Shown here: positions 12,816 through 26,449 of the stretch, piece by piece
Layout: the number at the start of each line of letters is the position of its first letter
Numbering within the stretch: position 1 is the first letter of the stretch
DNA from: Azolla caroliniana
Taxonomy: Eukaryota > Plantae > Polypodiophyta
Assembly: GCA_043228905.1 (NCBI GenBank)
Contig: JBHGNT010000010.1
Location: 21,142,001 to 21,206,000 of the forward strand
DNA: 64,000 nt
Direction: 5' to 3'
Position numbers and translations under genes: made by a program
The notes under the pieces: model-generated
The model's database searches: none
Told to the model about the DNA's origin: nothing
What the model saw: the letters and a program-made list of their open reading frames with translations, nothing else

Positions 12816-13228
12816 TGTTGGGAAAACTGGTCCCTCTGGATGGGAAGAAGACAAGTTGGATAGGATGGAGAAGCAGTCAAATCGGCCTGAAGCCAATCGA
12901 CTGAAGAGTCAAATGATAGTGAGCTTGTCCGATTTGAAATTCAGATATTGCACAAGGAACCGATTTAGCACCGACTGGTGAGATAAGTCGAATCAGTTGA
13001 TAGCCAAAATAGCTGAGGCCAAAAAATCGACTAATCGATAACCGATTCAGCTATTAGCCAAATCGACCGAATTCGATTGGGCTATATTTGTAAATAGTCA
13101 TATATGTATATGAGTATAAATATAGTTAGGGCATGTAGTTATAAGGTGTGTAATAATAGTAAAAACTATTGTGGTTGTTGATGTAGACAGAGTTGTGGAG
13201 TGTATTGTTCTGTGTGTCTAGAGAGAAG

Positions 13229-13272
<44 letters not shown>

Positions 13273-13484
13273 CAGTCTGATAGACTAAGATGAGATCAAG
13301 GTCGTTGCTTGCGGGTCTCTTGTATTCGCTCTTGATATAGTGATTCTGTTCGGAGTTTGAGGGCTCCCCTAGATTTTTTCCACTCAAGGTTTCTGTCTTC
13401 TATTGTTTTTGTTTTTTTTTCGTGTTTCTCGTCATTCCTCATTGTTTCTTGTGAACCAGTTGTGGCCGGTCCCATATTTTAACA
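12816..13484 (+). repeat. Solo LTR related to 11978-12585
   Basis: TGTTGGGAAAACTGGTCCC...GTCCCATATTTTAACA, with the shared GGGCTCCC motif, a TATA box and a (GT)n tract. The TSD is degenerate. Confidence 0.7.
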
Positions 13485-14199
13485 CATGCAACCTCGTAGG
13501 ATTTACATTTGTAAACTTACGAAGTGCCTACAATATAGATGGCCCTTACAATATCATAAGGTACATGTTGACTACATGATTGTACAACCTTGCACTCTTT
13601 CATGTACATCCAAGAGGAGTAGGTTTGTGAGCATATCAAAGAGTGAACTTCCAATCCACGGCTATGTCTTTCACATTGTCCAGGTGTTCATTTGGTTCCC
13701 AAGTGGCTTAGGTAGCCTTTCCACAAGATTATATATTAAAGTTGTCGTCTTATCCTCTTTGAATCTTGGACTTCTTCAACTTCATTCTCAACCTCATCCT
13801 CAAGTTCCATAAGAGCGACCACTCGGGATGGTGATAAACAATCAAAGAATTGTGCTAAAGATCGATAAGCATTGTGTGGATTGTGTTTGTGGGGTAGGGG
13901 TGGTGAGTATAATAAGAAAGCCACATAGTTCATTTCCACAGATTCTCTTGTGTGAAGTCGCATCATGTACTCTAGTGGTAAGATGCCTATTCATTAGATG
14001 GACACTCGTTGTCCACCACTTCCACAAAGAATATTCTTTGGACCACTTTCACGATATGTGGGTTCTTGTTGTTCTTTGTATATCTTTCCATTGGAGGAAC
14101 TTCATAAACTTATTGGACAAGTATTCTTTTCCATCACTAGATTACAGACAATGAATCAATTTTCCATTTGAGAATTTGGGTCTGATTGAGCTTTTCATT

Positions 14200-15600
14200 C
14201 AAGATAAAGCTACCCATTTGCACATCTATTGTTGTTACTAATGATTAAATTAATATTCCTTTCTTCATGACATAAAATAGTGGAAGATGTCTTCCATTTA
14301 TTGACACTTTGTAGATCTTCCCCTAAAGTGTCACTCAAGCTTGTCCATGTGAACAAGTTGATCCTTCAACGAAGACTTTGATGACACAATGTATGAGCGG
14401 TTGATGGGCAATGTCATGTATGTATGTATATGTTATATATAAGACAAGAAATTCCCATGAGATAATAACACATAAAACAATTAACCTCTTGAAATGTTTG
14501 ATTACATTGCATTGACAAATTAATTTGGTATAAGAAACCGTAATATTGGGTTTTGGTTCTATGAAAGATGTAGACATAGAGATAGAGGATAGGAGGATTG
14601 AGCGAAGGTGTTCATGGTAGAACATTGCTCAAGGGATCCTCACCCCCCTTGAAGATTGATGACATAGAAAAACCTTCATGACATATATGATAGTTAATTC
14701 AATAAACTTTAAGTAGATTAGTGGTTGGTGTCTAGTAGTGATTGTCTTTTCATGGCTCGAAGTTCAAAGATTCCTCGATACATTGGTCTAGTGTAGATAC
14801 CGAAAATTCACATTGTTAACAAAGAAAGGCCGAAAACAAGCTCGTAGGTTAGAGATTCCTCAGTACAACATTTGAGATGTGCATAGTTGGAACTGACATT
14901 GTTGGCAAAGAAATGTTGTAAACATTTGACTACCTTAAGGGAGATTCTTGGAATGTAGTAGCAACAAGTAGGATATGTCTTTCAATCGTGGAAAGATGTC
15001 ATCCACAAATCAAACAATATTGTTTAGCAACAAGAATGGCACAACATGCCAGCCCAATCATGTATCTCTCAAGCATGTGATAGAAATCACATGGTCAAGC
15101 TCCTGCAACATCCACCAACTTCACCAAGTGATATTTGGCTTGTCCACCAAGCCAACGAGGTGATATTATCCCTTCATTGCTTGTTAAGCCTTTTATGTCA
15201 TGTTTCCACAAATAATTGAATCAACTAGAGACGTCATACCCTCTATGTTCCCCATTACCATGAAGAAAGTGTTCATTGACATTGAAGTCACAAACCACAA
15301 CACCACTCCCCTAGTGATGGATGAGCACTTCCCAATTTTGAGCCTTCATATCAATGGGTTTGATGTCTGTGAGATCATGATAAATGAAGGGTGAGGTGCC
15401 AACGTCATTTGTGAGAAAAACACATGTGAATGCCTAGGCTTAACAATATGGACAACATGCTCCTTCGGCTATTCCACTTGATAAAGGATCTCACAATCCA
15501 TGCTAGAGGATTACCCATTCCAATTTTTGTCTTCTATTAATTTGTTCCTTATTTACATCGATGATGGGCTATTACTATGGAACCAACCTTGGTTACATAC
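14200..15600 (+). pseudogene. Highly decayed Gypsy gag-protease relic
   Basis: IMINEG*GANVICEK..CECLG near 15370-15460 resembles IVDGRSGVNVIRKHTCDTL at 8850-9041. Boundaries are approximate. Confidence 0.4.
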
Positions 15601-16678
15601 CACCAAACTCAAACATTATTGGTAAAACCATCTAGTTTGCTTTCAACACTCTAAACCCAAATTCAATCTCTCAACACAACTGGACGCACGGTAGCTTGAT
15701 GAGCACTTCGTGGCATGCCAAGGGCATCAACATGGTGGATGGCTAGAGAATGCAAACAATATAAATATTACTTGACCCAACAACCCCAATTGATACCTTT
15801 TTTCCAGTCTGATTGATGTGTTGAAAGTAGTTGTCCAATACCATCTACGTCAATAAGCACTCACCACTACCATTGATATCAAGTTCATGATCCCACCAAG
15901 CGAACAACTATCACCAGCATGACCCACCAAAGAACCTATCCGAACTCACAAGGATAGAGATGCTCAATAGATAAAAACGTAGGTTTCCTTTGATATGCAA
16001 GAAACGGAACTAGGAGAATTAAACTTGGGCTCAACAAACAAATCTCAACCAAATTAGATCGAATGGTGACACAATTCCACATGTTTTTTCTTACTGGTTT
16101 CTCTCATGCCCAATCTTGATCACATTATAAGTCGAGAGACAATTTATTGTTAGTATATATTAATTATAATTCAAAATTAATTGTTTCTTTCACATATCTA
16201 AGCATCCTCTTGATTTTTAACTATGTTGTGCATACTTAAGCCCTTGCAAACGTTACTAATGTTAAACGAGGGAAATGAACAATTCTAGTATCTATGACAT
16301 ATCCAATTAGGCATGAGGAAAGAAGACCGCAGTAGTAAATACTTTTAAAAACCACACTCTACCACGAACTCATAAACTGCTTAATTACTTGATTTAAATC
16401 ATGAAGTGCTTATTATAAGGTTACCTGAGAAAGCCTACCTTTTAAGACAACATTATTAATTAATGGTGATGAAGTGCTTGTATAAGGTTATCTTATAAAA
16501 CCTTAACAGATAAACTAACTTTGGTCTCATTAGATGCAAGGGCAGTCATACAAAAAACTCCACAATAATAGAAGAAGGATTGATTGGGGGGCCAAGTTTA
16601 TGTAATGAATGGAATATAACGGTGGTAGTGACCCAGTCTCCTCCAACATTTGGGTGTTCAAATGTACATATCCTCAAA

Positions 16679-16985
16679 GGTCAAGGTTCATGGTCATGGT
16701 CATGGTCATGGCCATGGTCAAGGTTCATGGTCATGGTCATGGTCATGGCCATGGTCAAGGTTCATGGTCATGTTCATGGTCATGGTCATGGTAGCCTCAA
16801 GAAGAAGGATGACCCTCACGACAACCATGGGATTTCTAAACGTGACCATGACTGTGACCATGACCGTGACCATGACTGTGACCATGGCCGTGACCATGAC
16901 TGTGACCATGATGGTTGCTATGTTTATTATGGCCATTATGATCACGACTCTGACTGTGGCCGTGATCTTGGCCATGACCATGATC
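16679..16985. repeat. Inverted hexamer arrays: (GGTCAT)n at 16679-16791 facing (ATGACC)n-like at 16843-16985
   Basis: Read directly from the sequence. The left arm has a 37-bp higher-order unit repeated about 3 times. Confidence 0.85.
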
Positions 16986-17552
16986 TAATTGGGGTGGGAT
17001 GTATGTAGATCCAAAGGGTGATGGGGTGATGGGAGAAGGCGGGGGCTTCAATCCAGCGGTAGAGAAATCCACATCGTTTATGAAGGGCATCGCCAGCCAT
17101 GGCTGCGCTGCATTACCGTTTGGATCTATTGATGCTATGGGCTGTTGACCATCACCATCACCATCATAGACAGCCTTCTTCTCTGTCTCCTCCTCCTCCT
17201 TCTCTTCCTCATGATGATGATGATCAGAGCTAGAGACGGGCGCAGTTATGATGATCTGATCCAACGGACCTATCCCACCATGATTGGATCGGATGTCTGA
17301 TTCGGTAACTTCAGTTACTAATTCAAGGGGGTCGGTATTTATAAGGTTCGATTGGATGGGGGACTCACTTACTACTTCAGGAAGCTCTGCCCCTTTCTCT
17401 GTGGATGATGCAGGTAATGACAGTGGTAGTGGTGGAGAAGAAGAAGAAGACGGGTGAGAAGAAGGTGAAGCAGTAGGAAGTGGAGGCGGATCATCCCTGT
17501 GGAAGAAAGGGAGCCATTGGAGGCATGTTCTGCAGGGAGCAAGTAGATCCAT
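16836..17552 (-). CDS. Candidate host gene: 238-aa disordered protein with an N-terminal Cys-containing segment, Pro/Ser and acidic tracts, and a His-Gly-rich C-terminus
   Basis: ATG at 17552 (MDLLAPCRTCLQWLPFF) opens an intact frame to TAG at 16836-16838. The pyrimidine-rich (TTC)n leader is typical of plant 5' UTRs. No TE motifs. Confidence 0.65.
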   Translation of the reverse strand: MDLLAPCRTCLQWLPFFHRDDPPPLPTASPSSHPSSSSSPPLPLSLPASSTEKGAELPEVVSESPIQSNLINTDPLELVTEVTESDIRSNHGGIGPLDQIIITAPVSSSDHHHHEEEKEEEETEKKAVYDGDGDGQQPIASIDPNGNAAQPWLAMPFINDVDFSTAGLKPPPSPITPSPFGSTYIPPQLDHGHGQDHGHSQSRDHNGHNKHSNHHGHSHGHGHGHSHGHGHGHSHGHV

Positions 17553-19284
17553 GGGCAAGGAAAGAAGAAATGAGGAAGAAGAAGAAGAAGAAGTAGTAGA
17601 AGGAATAGTGTATGTGTATGTGTATGTGTATGTGGTAAGTAAGTGTGTGTATAGTGATGAAGAAGAAGATATTTTGATAGGCTCTTTTCTTACCAACATA
17701 TTTTTGTTTTGTTTTGTTTGTGAGGTTTGGGCTGGAAAGGAGTGTGATGACTACTCTCTTGCTTGACCCACCACTTAACTTAGTCTTCAACTAGTTCTTC
17801 GCTTCTCCTTCTACGTGATCTCCATCGATCGATCGATCAATCCATCACCCACTCAAACAATGTTTACCTTTCTATCCCACAACTTGGACCAACATATCTC
17901 TACATATATTTGGGAAACTAAGACATTTTTCTTTTATTGTTCTGCTTGTTAGAATAAGTATGTGACAACCTAGCAACAATTTTATATACATATCTCTGTC
18001 GGAATTTGTTCCCCCTTTAATGCTCCACCTAGGTAGCATGCTTAAAAGTCCGATCGGATGTTCTAACCAATGAGAGCAACTTGTTCACCAAAACGTTGAT
18101 ATCTCTACAAGGTTATGATTGAATATTGTTATTCGGTTATATAAATTGTGTACATCATAATAGATGCATTTTAAGAAATAAAGTTTTAAGGGAAAATATA
18201 GGAAATATCCCTCCTCTCTTACATATATGTACATATGGGTAACATTGGTTGTACCTAGGGTAACTTTTTCAAAATATGAAAAATAGCCCTAAGGGATGTT
18301 TTAGGAAACAAACAAATTTATGGAAGGCTATATCACTTTCTTTACTTTTCTTTAGATATCACTTTATGCCATTGGGTAGACTTAGTCATATGGTGCCCAC
18401 ATGCATAAAATAATACATTCAGCTACGATTTGATATATGTACCGTCAAATTGAAATTATAAATTTGTGAGTTGGATACCAGAATGGTGAAGTTGTAGCTT
18501 GCACCCTCATTTTGACATGTCTCGACTCTCCACCCTAAATATTCTTGAAATAATGTTGCTTTGAATGAATTTTGTTGAAAGGTCAACTATACCATTTGAG
18601 ATATATCCTAGGCTCTAGCTAGAATGGTTAGCCTCAAACGCTAAGGCTTCTAGTGATTGCTATACGTTCCCAATGATACAAGTTTACAACGCCATGTAAA
18701 GAAAACATGACATTTCTAAAAGCTTAGATTTTCATCACTCTTAAGGAATTTAAGAGTATTTATTATAACCAATCATTTTCCTTTCCTTTATTATAAAAAT
18801 GAAACTTTTTCTTGTAAACCCAATTTTTTTGTTCATATTAAGCTCTTATTTTTAATCATTTTTAGCATGATGAAACTGGTAAATGAAAAAGAAATTAAAT
18901 GTATTGCACTCAATACAAACACTGAACAGGGTGGAAAGTTAATTGGTTAGACCTCTTTTTAAGGCAGAATTATAAAAAGAGGTAACCTAGGCTTCGTGAG
19001 GTGTCTTTAATCATTTTATTTTCCTAGTGTAATCTTGTTTATTAGCATAATTGAGTCTTTGCAACTATTCCCGATATAATTTTTTTCTATTTTTTGTAAT
19101 TAACCAACCCATGTGGCAAGCTATCAAGCTATGGACATAAGGCCTTGGGCTAAATGTCCAACTTTCACACATATTTATTAGATCATATATGTTTCCTAAT
19201 TTGCTAGATGCCATTATTGAATCTAGGGTTTGAATGCATGACAACCATGATTCCCCCCCCTGCCCTCTCTCTCTCTCTCGCTCT

Positions 19285-22153
19285 CAACCTTTTGCCAATC
19301 TAGATGATGATATTCCTTATTTCAAATCCAAAGGGGAAGTTATTGCCTTTGGTGACATGAATGCTCGTACAAGAAGCTTCTAACTTGATTCACAATAATC
19401 TTTCATGCCACATATCTCAAGGATACAAGAGGATATGCAAATGTATAGCCACTCTTCTAGCGATGAAAAAGATCCGGACCAATTTGGGAAGTTACTCCTA
19501 CAAATGTGCAATAATACCGGATTGCTTATTGCAAATGGTATTTCCTTATGGCCCAACACTAATGGTTTTACATGTAGAAAACACAACGGAAATAGTGTTT
19601 CCGAAGGTATTTTGGATCGTATACATAAATTCTCACTTGGTGAATGGACACTGGAATCCAATCATAGGCCTTTATGAATTGATCTCAAATGTATGCATAG
19701 GTTTGATTGTGAGAAGGCTATTGAAGATAATAAACAACCGCACTTGAGCATGAACCTTAAGTGAGCGCCCATGTATTCCAAGATGGTTAAGGATATGTTA
19801 CAAATGACAAAGATACAACATGGTGCCACACTAGAATGCAAATGGGAAGCTTTCAAGAAAGTCATTCTCTCATGTACAAACAAATGTTTTTCGACCAACT
19901 GCACATCTTGGAAATGCACCAAGAAACTTAGGAAAAAATGGTTTGATAAAGAATGTCATGAAGCTCGAAAGTGCCTTATGGGTTTGGATGTAGTTAAGGA
20001 TAGAGGGAATTACCAAAAGCATTTCCATGAGTATAAAAGGCTTATTCAAAGAAAGAGAAGAATATGGGAAGTTACTCAACCATTTCTCCAAACGCAAGAG
20101 AAAGCACATGCATGTGCTAAATTTTGGGGAAATCTAAAAGGGAAACGTGTTGAGAGTTATGGTGACTTAACTCTTCATGACTTGTCTATGCATTGTAAGA
20201 ATTTATATGAGTTATCTCTTGCCGGAAAGATGATGTGTTATGGTTCTCTTTCACATATGTCTCCCTTCTTTACAATTGAAGATATATGCATAGGACTTAA
20301 GAAATTGGCCTCTTGGAAGGTCGGCGATCTTCAATGTATAAAGGCTGAAATGCTTAAATGGACGGGAAAGGAAGCACATGTATGGATAAGCGACATGTTT
20401 AATGATGCATTGCAACATGGTATGTCGTACGATTGGACTACAAATTGGATCAAACCTTTACATAAAGGTGGAGATGTAAATAATGTAAACAATTATCGAA
20501 CCATCATGGTTAGCTCATTAATGGCAAAACTATTTGGATGTATAATGGAATCAAAGATAAGTGTATGGGTTGAAAAAAATGGTAAGAGAGCTTATGGACA
20601 AGCTAACTTTCGAAAACACCATAGCACCATTGATCACCTTGTCACCCTTCGAGTATTAATGGAGGAAAGTCGCCTTAGAGGTAAAGGTTTATATTGTTGA
20701 TTTGTAGACTTCAAGAAAGCTTTTGCTATGGTACCTCATGAGCATCTTTGGAGGCGAATGGAAGGACTTGAGGTGCCAAGGGAATATATGCTTGCAATTT
20801 CCCGAATTTATGAGAAGGTTATATGTTGTGTGCACATGAGAGATAAACTTTCAAACTTTTTCAAAAGCACTATTGGCGTTAAGCAAGGATGCCCACTCTC
20901 ACCAACACTATTTGGTCTATGCATTGATGAATTGGAAGAAATGATTATTAAGTTTGTAAAGGAAGAATGTGTTGAAGAAGTTGCCATTGGGAATGTTGTG
21001 ATTATGCTTTTGCTATATGCAGATGATGTAGTGCTTTTTGCAAATACCTTAGGAGATGCACAAAAGCTTATGAAGGCATTGGAAAGAATTTGCATGCATA
21101 CTAAATTAAGTGTCAATAGCTCTAAAAAAAAGATTATGCTTGTGAAGAGCCAAAAAAGAGATAAATCATGCATGATGTACAACAATGAGCCACTTGAATG
21201 TGTGGAAAGCTTCAAATATCTTGGCCTTGAAGTTCCTTCAAATCATAGATGGAATGAATGTGCTACACGTTGCTTAGAGGCGGGTAAGCGAGCATATTAT
21301 GCATTTCAAAACACATGCAATCTTGGAGATATTAAGTGTTGGGTCCTCAAGAAATATCTTTTCGACACTTTGGTGACACCGGTTCTTCTCTATGGGGCAG
21401 TAACATCCCTAAATCTATGTGGAAAGAGTTTGAAAATGTCCAAAAACATTTTCTTACAAAGTTCTTACAAGTTAAGAAACAAACGCCCTGCACCCTCCTC
21501 CTTGAGACAGGATCGTTTTCCATTGAAATCATGGCCATGGAAAGGGTTGTTGAATACATGCTTAAGGTTCAAAAAAGTCCATCACATCGACTTCCTAATT
21601 GCATGGGAAGCAAGCAAAAAGATCCAAAAGGCGCATAGAAGCAAAATTTTGTGTTCCGGTTGGATGCAAGATATAGAAAAATGGTTTGGTAGATGGGATG
21701 CGAGACACTTGCTTCATGATGCATCATTAGATTCCTCTATAAATGAGGCCTTTTTGCAATGCCAATGTATCATGACATGGGACAAATGTGGAGGCTCACG
21801 GTTCACACATTATGCTACACATGTTGCACCTAACTACAAAACCATATTCTTTGTGGAATGGGGAAATCATACACGTCGATACATGTTAGACCATGCTTTC
21901 CACATCTCTTCAACCGAGCCCATACATGTTAGACCCTACTTTCCACATCTCTTCAACCGAGCCCAATCCTTGCATGAATTCCTCTCACAACCACAATGTG
22001 CACTCTCGATTCCAACATTCATTGGTAAAGTTCTTGAACATCGAGAGTCACTACTCACTTTCACACGTATCACGTGAAATGTAATATTTTTGGTCTCATA
22101 GGTCATATTTGACCTCCGAAGATGATAATATAATCTATCTATCTATCTATCTC
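19285..22153 (+). mobile_element. RTE/RTE-X-like LINE, 5'-truncated, ORF2 pseudogene with a (TATC)n tail
   Basis: Endonuclease GDMNART, then KWFDKEC, NYRTIM, GVKQGCPLSPTLF, LLYADD and FKYLG. Stop at 20698-20700. 3' hairpin AGGTCA-TATT-TGACCT before the (ATCT)n tail. Confidence 0.88.
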
Positions 22154-22299
22154 GTAAAAGCACACACAATTATCTTAATTGTATGTAAAAACCATTATTA
22201 GAACTTCTCATCCATCTCTACCTATGTACATAAATGGACATCCTATAAAGCCATTAGTAAACCTAAATATACATTTGAGGAAATGATCCCCACGTGCTC

Positions 22300-23400
22300 C
22301 AACATCCAAATCTTCCACATGAGAATGTCTTTAAACTTCTTAACCTAGGCTTTCAATCTATCTCTACCATCAAACATGAAAGCATTACACATCTTCCGAT
22401 TGTGTTGTAAGCCCATCGTAGAAATTGGAATATGATCTCTATCTCATCAATTGGACCATTTTAAACATACTAAACAAAAACCCATTGTCGAGGCATCAAA
22501 TAACAATGGGACAACAGTAGCTAGATATCTAACAAGTAAATCCAAATTATATGAGCTATAAGACGTTTAATGAACCTATGTGTCATGTCTTCCAATTGAA
22601 TGGTGCAAAAGAAGTATATATGTGACCCAATCCTTATCTTCTTAATGTTGAACATAATGGGAATCCACTAATCATGACTCTCCACAGGAACTCCTTTGCA
22701 CAAAATGGCAAATGAGAATGCCAACTACATTGCAATATTTGCCACCACCTTGCACTTGAGTTGTATACATCCCACACTTTTTTGGTTTTAGGTGACAACC
22801 AAGACAACAAATGCTTTCGAGACAACCAAGACAATGATGATACGGTATATTTGTAGTGATTTATAAGACCCAGTACCATCCTTTAACTGCCAACCCACCC
22901 AAAGAACACCATTTGCTTTTATTGGGAAAGATCCCTGCAACAATGGTATATCTTGCAATTTTACCCAAATAAATCTCCATTTTGGGGGAATACATAACCA
23001 TGGTTTAGCATTTTCAAATTCCTCAATCTCTCTCTCAATATTAGTTGATTACACTATACATCACGATTGCCATTTGTTTAGTTTGTGCACTTTCCAAAAA
23101 CCATCTACTAAGCCACGTAAATACTATTGTAGCACCATTGAATGTGGATGTTCATCCATTGCTTCCACTCCTCTATATAACATGTAATTCCAAAAAGTGA
23201 TATCAGATTCACAATTTTCACTCTAATTATCATGAACACTTACTACTAATAAGTAATTAGTTATAAAGATTAGAGAAAATAATGAATTAAGGGTAATATC
23301 CACACTCACCACTGTGAGCAAAGGAGATTAGATCAACCAAACCCCATTGACGTCCTATAGTTCAGAGTATGCCATGTGTCCCCAAATCCAAATGGGTTGT
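22300..23400 (-). pseudogene. Decayed L1 ORF2 C-terminal region
   Basis: AKEFLWRVMISGFPLCSTLRR matches AKVFIWRVMVGALPLGDALKRR of 51994..55086. Boundaries are approximate. Confidence 0.65.
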
Positions 23401-24299
23401 CTCAAGTCGTAAGATAATCAGTCCCCCATTTATTCTACATTTAAATCCATTAAAGTTAGCTTTCAAATTTATTCACTAAAGTTATACTTGTAACAATAAT
23501 AGTCACATAAGACTTGAAATCTCGTGTGGTGTTCACAAGAAGAGGAGATAAGCCTAAACAATAAAACCTGGAGTAGAAATTTCATATTTTACAGCCTATT
23601 AATGTACATACATTAGTTGAACTACAATGGAAGTGTGTTTAGCTCAAATGTGCCCGCAAGTGTAAATACTCATAAACACAAGATCACAAAAATGTCATCA
23701 AGTGATACCCCTACTTCATCGAGCATATTTCCTTGGTTGAAAAATCTAAGAAGAGTTCACATGGCTCAACGTGCACAATTCTTAGACATGCATAAGTTTG
23801 ACAAATCCAACTTGTCTCTATGGGCCAATCAAATCCATGATGTTGAGATTCAATTGAGGGTAATGAAAGATTAGGAATACCTTGATCAAGTATCAATGTT
23901 AATGATTTGCTTCCATTTAGAGGATACTGTATGCTTCTTCTTTTTACCAAAAGGTACACCTTGGTATTATAAAATCACAAGAAATACAAAAGTTGTGTTG
24001 GATAAACGAATATACCAACCGATTCACTTGTACTCACATCATGGCCAATTTGATGTGTATATACAATAACCACACATATTTGTATACCATATCTCCAATA
24101 TTATTGTGGTCTACTCCTCCCAAACTGCAAATGAACATGCAATGTAACCTATATTACTAGCATCTGTAGCAACAAAATCCATAAACAAAGTTAGTAGACA
24201 TTGTTTCCCAAAATGACGGGAACAATATACATCCATATTATATGGTTTACATCTTCCCTAAAAATGAGCATTGAATCCCATAACCTTTTAAAATGCATT

Positions 24300-26200
24300 C
24301 GCTTCCTGAAAATAGCTTCACCATTGCCTATACAACTGTTGTATTGACCACGTAATGTATGAATAAGCAACAACTAGAATTCAACAATTATAACAGAAGC
24401 ACCATGAGTGACATTGTCAAAAATTGATGGCACCTTCCAAATCACTCACATCAAAATAGATGAATTTGTCTTCCAAATAATATCATCCCTAATTTGCAAT
24501 GTGTCAAACAGAAAAGGTTGAACCATTTGTACATGAGGAGGAACTATGTGAAAGGCCTCCATTATATCCTCCTTTTCATGTAACAGTTGTCCTTCTAGAA
24601 TGCCCCACCTAACAACACCCCAAGTGATCACACAATTAGCATGTATGAATACCGGGAGCCTTAAAACTCTCTTCCATACTTGCGCAATTTTAGGACAAGA
24701 CCACAACACATGCTTAATTGATTACATCATACTACCACAACCAAATCCACATGACTTACAATGTATTTGGCGTAACCAGGCTCGAACCGGTAATGCATAA
24801 TGCATCAATAACTAGCGAAAAAGTATGATTGTCCTAGGAATCTACATACTCCATAACCACTTCCAATATTTAGATGTATCAATTAAAGAGGGCCCATTTG
24901 TCAACGACACTTTCATAGCAGATGGCGGATACAATTTCTTACTTAAGAGCAACTTCTATCCCAACTTCACAGAATATTGAAAAAACTAAATAAATTTAGT
25001 TTGAGATGAAGGATGTGGATGTTTCCAAAGATAATTTGATGGATTCCAATGCAAGTCCAACAATGACTCTTTTTGAAATACCCACAATTGGCAAAATAAC
25101 ATACTATTAGAAGGAGAGGGATCTCAAATCCAACTTTTACCTTACTTACCAACCACTCTCATCGGATGTTGCAATGTTGTTTGAAATCAAAGATTCAACA
25201 CCAACTTCCCATAATCTTCCTTCCTCAAATACATCAAAATATTAACAATCTCCTTGAGACGTTTTTTGTTTTACTCCTCTAATAACACCAAATGAAGTAT
25301 CCAAACCAAACATGCACAAAAGAAGGTGACCAATTGGAAAGAAAATTCCCTAAAGATAACTGAATTGCATAAAACATAGATCTAAAACCCCTACACATGG
25401 AATCATCAAGCTGAGAATTATGAAGATGACAAACATAATTTCCCCAAGAGGCTATTGTGGCAGCTATACCATTACCCAATTCAACCCAATGTAGCCGGTC
25501 TACTTCCAAGCAAAACACCCCTATCATCTAAAAAAATAAAATTCCAATTCAAAGGTTGCCGCAATAGTTCTTCATTCGAAGATGGGCATCCACAGATTAA
25601 AAAAAACTTACCAACATCCCATGCTCTACAAATTCCATCCTTAAAACCATCTTTCAAAACATGTATCTATCTTGTCTTAAAATTTGACAAGAATCCCATC
25701 TTAGAGATGACTTCCAAGAACCACTAGTAGATAGTTTAATATCAACAAATTAGTTTAAAAGCAACTCATACCATACACCTTGAGCAGGAAACATAGCTCT
25801 AATAACAAATTTTGCCAGAAGAGCCTTACATTGACTATCTGGATCTACCAACCCTAAACCACCATCAAATAATTGTGTAGTAAGTATTGACCAAGCTACC
25901 TTCGCACGGCATCATAATTACTTCTTCCTACCCAAATAGCAAAACTATGCTTGCTAAAGACAACTCCATAATGTCCCAAATCAATAACTTTTTCCTGAGT
26001 GATAACATTAGAGGAACTAACAATCGCTCCTTATGCACATTTATACCAACTTGACAACCTAAGTAACAAACTAAAAATCTTTCTTGAATCCAATGAAAGA
26101 ACTCAGAAGGTCTCCATGATGGCAACAACCTCGTAGAAACCAAAACCAAAAACCCATTGATTTACACCAATTACTTTTTGCACCAGAGGCTTGACTGAAT
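24300..26200 (-). pseudogene. Decayed L1 ORF2 (RT thumb to zf-RVT)
   Basis: YLGCQVG, LRKKLLIW, GGLGLVDP and HVLWSCPKIAQVW. Boundaries are approximate. Confidence 0.65.
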
Positions 26201-26449
26201 GTGAACGCTTGATGGATTTATGAAAGAATCTAGGGAAACACTTATGAGAAGAACACTTATTCAAGTAAGGTTTACCAAATGAAGATGTTGTATAAGATTT
26301 GGATGAAGGAATTTGACTTTGAAACTAGATTGACATAATTGTACATCAAGTAAGGTTCAACAAATGAGGCTATTGTATGAGATTTGGGTGAAGGAATTAA
26401 GCTTTGTAACTAGTTTGAATGTGTAGAAGAGAAATCTGCTCCCAAATTG

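Noticed and set aside
16580-17008. Plus-strand ORFs with WSWS/MVMV/DHDC repeats
   Set aside because: Stop-free readings of the hexamer arrays; the minus-strand ORF has the better gene context.
17900-19250. Possible MITE or DNA transposon upstream of the host gene
   Set aside because: No terminal inverted repeats or TSD could be established by eye.
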